A DNA stretch of 64,000 nt from Candidatus Ryanbacteria bacterium RIFCSPLOWO2_12_FULL_44_26 (GTDB taxonomy: Bacteria > Patescibacteriota > Minisyncoccia > Ryanbacterales > HO2-45-13), in NCBI GenBank assembly GCA_001821765.1, contig MHOA01000001.1, positions 1,580-65,579 of the forward strand, read 5' to 3'. A program made the position numbers and the translations under genes. Below are positions 59,393 through 64,000 of this stretch, in pieces; position 1 is the stretch's first letter, and each line of letters starts with the position of its first letter. The notes under the pieces are model-generated. The model saw nothing but the letters and a program-made list of their open reading frames with translations, searched no databases and was not told where the DNA came from.

Positions 59393-59698
59393 ATGGATGT
59401 ATGTACATATGGAAATGCAACTCGGGAAGGGACGTTGCTCTGTATCTTTCATACCTTGAACCTGAAGTTCTATCATGTGAAGATGAATTGGAACGGCGCT
59501 CCTTTTCAAGATAGCGTGTCTGTGTGCGGTCGCTTCTCCAATCTTGCGGAGTGCGATGGGAGTTGCACTGAATATGCCCGGCGCGAGTTTACGCTCGACG
59601 AAGCGGATGCGGAGGAACTCAAGAGAATGCTCGAGGATTACGAAGAAGATAAGCTTGACGCGCAGCTTCTCGCAACTGAGATTAAGGATGAGTTTTAG
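59393..59698 (+). CDS. Hypothetical Cys-rich acidic protein
   Basis: TAAGGAG SD, promoter upstream, five Cys residues. Confidence 0.7.
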   Translation: MDVCTYGNATREGTLLCIFHTLNLKFYHVKMNWNGAPFQDSVSVCGRFSNLAECDGSCTEYARREFTLDEADAEELKRMLEDYEEDKLDAQLLATEIKDEF

Positions 59699-59902
59699 TA
59701 CATTGTTAAAGTGGGGCCGAAATAGGCGGCTCAACAGGAAAAGTCTCCGATATTGGTTTGATCCCATATGGGAGATTTTGTCTTAAGCCCAAGTCTGATT
59801 TGGGCTTCTGCCAAAGCATTCAATACTCATTGAGCATTTTGGTAGAACTGGCATATTGAAACAAACACTTGCAATCTTGCACGTATTGTGCTATGCTCAA
59901 CC

Positions 59903-60170
59903 TTGTCCGATGCTGGGAAGCTTACCGAGCCGGCAAAACTCAGCGCTTGAGGACAACAGATGCGCTCGGACCCTAGGGAAAATGGCGTTTCCCGGCCACT
60001 CTCGGGTAATGACAGGGATAGGTTCCGCAAGGAAAGCTGGCCCGAACGGAACCGAAAAGAAGAACAGCGGCCAATACACATGACCCCAGTGTGTAGGCGT
60101 CAAAAAAGCCGTGAAGGTATGGGGCCGCCCCCTCCGAACGCTAATGCTAGTAGGAGGGGGTTTTTCTTTT
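59903..60170 (+). ncRNA. Unassigned structured ncRNA (about 265 nt) with an SRP-helix-8-like hairpin
   Basis: TTGCAA-N17-TATGCT (59869-59897); GC-rich stems; terminator CCCCCTCC/GGAGGGGG plus T-run. Confidence 0.6.
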
Positions 60171-60231
60171 TAATAAAGAGTTAAAAATTGTCGTTGGATG
60201 AAAAATTTGTTACTATGCTTATAGTTTTTTA

Positions 60232-60249
60232 GCGGGAGTAGTTCAGTTG
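60232..60249 (+). pseudogene. 5' fragment of a tRNA (Gly-like)
   Basis: GCGGGAG-TA-GTTC-AGTTG matches a tRNA acceptor and D-arm start, then breaks off 13 nt before tRNA-Thr. Confidence 0.5.
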
Positions 60250-60262
60250 CACCGCCACATTT

Positions 60263-60338
60263 GCCCAAGTAGCTCAGCTGGTAGAGCAACTCCATGGTAA
60301 GGAGTAGGTCAGCGGTTCAAGTCCGCTCTTGGGCTCCA
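60263..60338 (+). tRNA. tRNA-Thr(GGU)
   Basis: GCCCAAG/CTTGGGC-T-CCA, ACTCC-AT-GGT-AA-GGAGT, TTCAAGT T-loop. Confidence 0.96.
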
Positions 60339-60727
60339 GTTTTGTAGAAAAAGATACAGAAGCACCCAGAGCGTGGGACGCGCTTCGCGCGTCCCACCAA
60401 AAAATCGGTCTTTTGTCTGAAAATCGGATTCTGGAGTATATTTACGACCTCGCTAGAACCTATTTTATCAAAAATGCCTGACCAAAGGAAGCCGCCCCGC
60501 CGCCGCTCGCTAACGCTCGCCGCCAAGCAAAATACTCTTTACGATTTCGGATTTGCGCGCGCCACCAAAAAATTCTTCTAAAAAGAAAAGAGTATTTTGC
60601 TTGGCTCTGCTCTGAACGAGCAGGCGACGGGGCTGGCCTCTATTTTTGCTCGCGGGGGCAAGGCGTTTCCTCCCCCTCGCCCCCTCCACGCCTTGCCCGC
60701 TCGCCAAAAAAGTTGGGTGGGTTGGGA

Positions 60728-61198
60728 TCAAAACTGTTGCACGGCGGTTTTGAGAACCGCTTTGGTGGCGTCAGAGATGTTGGGCGTGTTGAACGCTTCA
60801 TCCGAGAGTGCTACCAAGTAATACGCTTGGTGTTCGCTGGGTTCCAGTTTGACCTCGTCGTCGGGAGCGGTTTCGACGAGAAAGTTAAACTGTCTCGTCT
60901 TTTTGCCGGAACCGGACGTATAGTCGAATGGACCGAGATACGCGAGGACCGTCGTGATGACAAGCCCTGTTTCTTCTTGAACTTCCCGAGCAAGCGCCGT
61001 GAGCAAGTCTTCACCTGCATCTACGGTACCGCTCGGAAGTTCGACGAGTCCGCCCATGAAGTCGGACGGAATGCGCTCGAGAAGAAGAAACTTGCCTTCC
61101 TTGCGGATTACCGCTCCAATGACCAGCTTTTGAATACCATCCTTTTGGGAATCGGTAACCAGTTGCTCGAGGGTGTTATGATCAACGTTTGACTGCAT
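60728..61198 (-). CDS. NUDIX hydrolase
   Basis: ELPSGTVDAGEDLLTALAREVQEETGL; FDY.SGSGKKTRQFNF. Confidence 0.92.
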   Translation of the reverse strand: MQSNVDHNTLEQLVTDSQKDGIQKLVIGAVIRKEGKFLLLERIPSDFMGGLVELPSGTVDAGEDLLTALAREVQEETGLVITTVLAYLGPFDYTSGSGKKTRQFNFLVETAPDDEVKLEPSEHQAYYLVALSDEAFNTPNISDATKAVLKTAVQQF

Positions 61199-61224
61199 AG
61201 TTTTCCTTATTTAACAAAAGAGTT

Positions 61225-61824
61225 TTAAAAATCTTTAACCACTTTTTTCTTTACAAGCGTTTGATAGTGGTTTGGTTTTGCTCGTTTTAAGTATTCAATA
61301 ATTTTCCCTCGCGCTGGAGTTATTGTAAGATTCTGCGATTTTGCAAAATCCATTATCATTTCAATCGCGCTTTCAATTTCAGATTTATCGCTCACCAGCA
61401 ACTCAATCTCTGCAATGTTGTAGGTAAAGTCTTGAAAATCAACAATATCGAGGTCAATGATAAATAGTCCCTTTTTATATTTTCTTCGCGTAGTTTTACA
61501 AGTGCAAAACGGAAAATACCCCGCTTTTATTAAATCGTCCGCAAGGTTTTTATTTGGAAGCAGATTTAGGGCTCGTCTAATTTTCTGTTCATCTTCCAGC
61601 TCATCATATTGGTCAGCTAACCTTTCTACTCCATTGTGCAGAGGAAGTTTTAGCTCAAACACCCTATCACGAGAACGGAGCCATTTGTCTTGCGAAGTTA
61701 GTAGAAATTTTTCGGTATCATAGTAAATATCGCTAAAAACTCGCTCGCTCAAAAACTCAGCATCTTTTGTGAGCTGTTTTTTATCTTGTTCACTAAGAAT
61801 AAATTTTTTTTCCACTTCAATCAT
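61225..61824 (-). CDS. CYTH (triphosphate tunnel metalloenzyme) domain protein
   Basis: MIEVEKKF, D.YYDT, WLR.R, ELK, R.KY, EIE, GK. Confidence 0.9.
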   Translation of the reverse strand: MIEVEKKFILSEQDKKQLTKDAEFLSERVFSDIYYDTEKFLLTSQDKWLRSRDRVFELKLPLHNGVERLADQYDELEDEQKIRRALNLLPNKNLADDLIKAGYFPFCTCKTTRRKYKKGLFIIDLDIVDFQDFTYNIAEIELLVSDKSEIESAIEMIMDFAKSQNLTITPARGKIIEYLKRAKPNHYQTLVKKKVVKDF

Positions 61825-62564
61825 AAACTTAATTGAGTAATAAGCGCGGAGTGGTCGCTTAGCTTTTGTAATCTTGGTTCATGAAGGTAAACCGAATTTT
61901 TTGTAGCGGGCAATAAGGCATTTGAAACAAAACAATGGTCATAACGGTATCCATCGCCCGTTTTTCCTACCCAGCTATATTCTTGCTTGGATGGATGCAG
62001 AAAACGCCACGCGTCGCTTAATTGATATTGCAGTAATTGAATATAAAAATTGTATTCCCAATTCTTGAAGAATGGGTAGCGTGGCCTATGATTGGGTTCA
62101 AGTACATTAAAATCTCCGCAAACAACGCGCATATTGTTTGAGTTTAATTTCTGGAGAGCACTCAAAAGAGCTTGTAAAAAAAGCTTCTTTCTTTTTATTT
62201 TTTCGTTGCTTACATCGCGAGAGGGGACATAAATACCCACAACTTCTATATTTTTACCAAAAAATGAAAATTTCCCGCACATAACCCGCGACGGGATAAA
62301 ATTCATATATTTAAGAGTCCCTCCCGATATAGGAATTTTGCTCACAATCATTGACCCATATTCTTTATGCTCAATATCAGGAAAGAGCACATGATACCCG
62401 TATGCCTCAAAATATTTTTTCAAAAACAAACATCCACGACTTGTTTTTATCTCGGTTAAAACAAAAATATCTTCTTTTCTTTTGCGAATCCATTCCGCTT
62501 GTTTGGCGGCGCGCTCAGGCGATGGGTTAGCTATATTCCAAGTAAAAATAGATAGGTTTTGCAT
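61821..62564 (-). CDS. Endonuclease/exonuclease/phosphatase (ExoIII-like) family protein
   Basis: TWNI, LTE, YVPSR, GDFNV, YSW, YRYDH, LSDHS. Confidence 0.9.
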   Translation of the reverse strand: MQNLSIFTWNIANPSPERAAKQAEWIRKRKEDIFVLTEIKTSRGCLFLKKYFEAYGYHVLFPDIEHKEYGSMIVSKIPISGGTLKYMNFIPSRVMCGKFSFFGKNIEVVGIYVPSRDVSNEKIKRKKLFLQALLSALQKLNSNNMRVVCGDFNVLEPNHRPRYPFFKNWEYNFYIQLLQYQLSDAWRFLHPSKQEYSWVGKTGDGYRYDHCFVSNALLPATKNSVYLHEPRLQKLSDHSALITQLSL

Positions 62565-62632
62565 ATTACTTTAATCAATTTTACCACAAAAAATCCCGCA
62601 GCAGAATACTTAAATCCTACTGCGGGTGCGTT

Positions 62633-63703
62633 TTACGGATTAACGATTGGGCATACCTCCGCGTCCACTTCCTCAATGCGTTTGCCCGAAGAAATGACTG
62701 CTGCGGGACACCCTTTGCCACACTCCGCGTTAAGACGACATCCTTCGCAAGTCGGATTGCCACCGAGACGATATCGCTCATGGAGCTTGTATTCATCAAG
62801 ACGGGTAGCAATATCGGCATCACGGAAGATGTTGCCAACAATGAACTCTTCCGCCTTGTGCTGGCTTTGCGGAGTCCGCGCCGCAAACACGAGATAGGGA
62901 CACACCGTGAGTTCGCCGAGAGTAAAGACATAGATGATGTTGCCCGCTTCGCATCCTGCGAGCGGCAACTTCTTTTCGTTCGGGAATCGGATGTAGACCA
63001 TTTCAACTTTGTCCGCAAACTGCAAAGTTGTGTTGGCGATCTGACGCATCACTTCATCGGGAGCTCCGAGCTTTCCCGTCGTCCTTACGCCCCTTCCCAT
63101 GGAGGAAAGCGGATTCATCAACATGTATGTCGCGCCGTTTTCCACCGCGAACTCGCAGAGCTTAGTGTATTCCTCAGCCTCAGCGAGGTTGTTGGGAGTC
63201 ACCAAAAGCCCTTGCAGCAAACCATATTTAGCCAATGCCTCAATGGTCGCGATGGTAGTTGCGAACGACGTTTTGTCGCCGCGAAACCTACCATGGCTTT
63301 CAGGAGAAAAGCCATCCAAGCTGACGTTGCAGTGCGCACCCAATTCCACGAGTTGTTTCATCTGATCTTCGCTAATGCGGGTTGCGTTTGTGCAGATGCC
63401 AACTTTCATACCAACATTTTTGTAGAGCGATACGATCTCGATGATATCCTGGTATGCGAATGGTTCGCCGCCGGTAAGCGTAACACTCACCACGCGGCAC
63501 TCTTTGAGACGCGGTACGAGGATGTCGCGGATACTCTCCAGCGACATGGTATCGCCGTATTGTCCAGCCGAGACGAAGCAATGCGCGCAATGTAGATTGC
63601 ACCATTCGGTAATCTGCACGAGCGCTTTCCGGTGCGGCGGCTGAACTGATGTGCGGAAGTAGCAGGACGCCATCTGGTTGGCGGAAATGATGGATTTTTT
63701 CAT
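62633..63703 (-). CDS. Radical SAM enzyme with a SPASM-type C-terminus
   Basis: CNLHCAHC, TGGEPF, TNA, VSLDG; GCEAG...VCPY...CEGC....CGKGCPA. Confidence 0.92.
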   Translation of the reverse strand: MKKSIISANQMASCYFRTSVQPPHRKALVQITEWCNLHCAHCFVSAGQYGDTMSLESIRDILVPRLKECRVVSVTLTGGEPFAYQDIIEIVSLYKNVGMKVGICTNATRISEDQMKQLVELGAHCNVSLDGFSPESHGRFRGDKTSFATTIATIEALAKYGLLQGLLVTPNNLAEAEEYTKLCEFAVENGATYMLMNPLSSMGRGVRTTGKLGAPDEVMRQIANTTLQFADKVEMVYIRFPNEKKLPLAGCEAGNIIYVFTLGELTVCPYLVFAARTPQSQHKAEEFIVGNIFRDADIATRLDEYKLHERYRLGGNPTCEGCRLNAECGKGCPAAVISSGKRIEEVDAEVCPIVNP

Positions 63704-63999
63704 GACACTTCCTCCTTCATGTTGAGTAGCTTTTGAATTTCAATCACAATGCATTCAGAAGTATCGCCAACAGGTTGTTTGTCATTCTCCAACAAGAGAA
63801 CATTAAACCCTTTTTGGACGATGAATTCTGCCGCTTCGCGGTAGAAACGCATCTCTTGTTCTCTCGTTTCTTCGCGTTCAAATCGACTTAGTTTTGTTCG
63901 CTCGATTGCGAGCCGTTGTCCGAGAATAGTGGGATCAGCGACGAGGATAACGCTTAAATCAGGAGCGAGAACTTGCGAGTTAATGCTCCAGATGAATTC
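63700..63999 (-). CDS. Thymidylate-kinase-like protein, C-terminal part (not in the supplied ORF track)
   Basis: Manual translation EFIWSINSQVLAPDLSVILVADPTILGQRL..RTKLSRFE...FYREAA..; TGA overlaps the radical SAM ATG; SD GGAGG. Confidence 0.75.
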   Translation of the reverse strand, partial: EFIWSINSQVLAPDLSVILVADPTILGQRLAIERTKLSRFEREETREQEMRFYREAAEFIVQKGFNVLLLENDKQPVGDTSECIVIEIQKLLNMKEEVS

Positions 64000-64000
64000 A

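Noticed and set aside
62633-63703. Calling the radical SAM protein a viperin
   Set aside because: It has a SPASM-like Cys-rich C-terminus and I do not recognise viperin-specific motifs; kept only as an analogy.

Overview
AT-rich bacterial chromosomal segment. Its gene content and style (reduced translation factors, split transketolase, type IV pilus locus, few Shine-Dalgarno sites) suggest a Patescibacteria/Parcubacteria (CPR) genome; this assignment is inference. Layout: type IV pilus/T2SS-like operon with an embedded two-component pair and a 998-aa double-propeller pilin (1-10.7 kb); a patch of small self-contained transcription units, an orphan structured RNA and a Cas4/RecB-like nuclease (10.9-15.2 kb); housekeeping genes including tgt, ychF, xth, murI, trxB, gap, rpiB, rpe, tkt, fba, rplY, prfA, rpmE, rpsB, tsf, htrA and clpB (15-53 kb); and tRNA-anchored accessory DNA (48.1-48.7 kb and 53.5-64 kb). 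Most striking observations: (1) a complete tRNA-Thr(UGU) nested inside the anticodon of a second, split tRNA-Thr(UGU); (2) a GIY-YIG nuclease between a pseudo-tRNA-Tyr with a rewritten anticodon arm and the real tRNA-Tyr, with its ORF ending in the anticodon; (3) an island encoding dTMP-kinase-like, radical SAM/SPASM, EEP, CYTH and NUDIX proteins next to tRNA-Thr(GGU); (4) four unexplained structured non-coding RNA candidates of about 200-270 nt, three with clear promoter and terminator. All calls come from reading the sequence by eye; no searches or folding programs were run.
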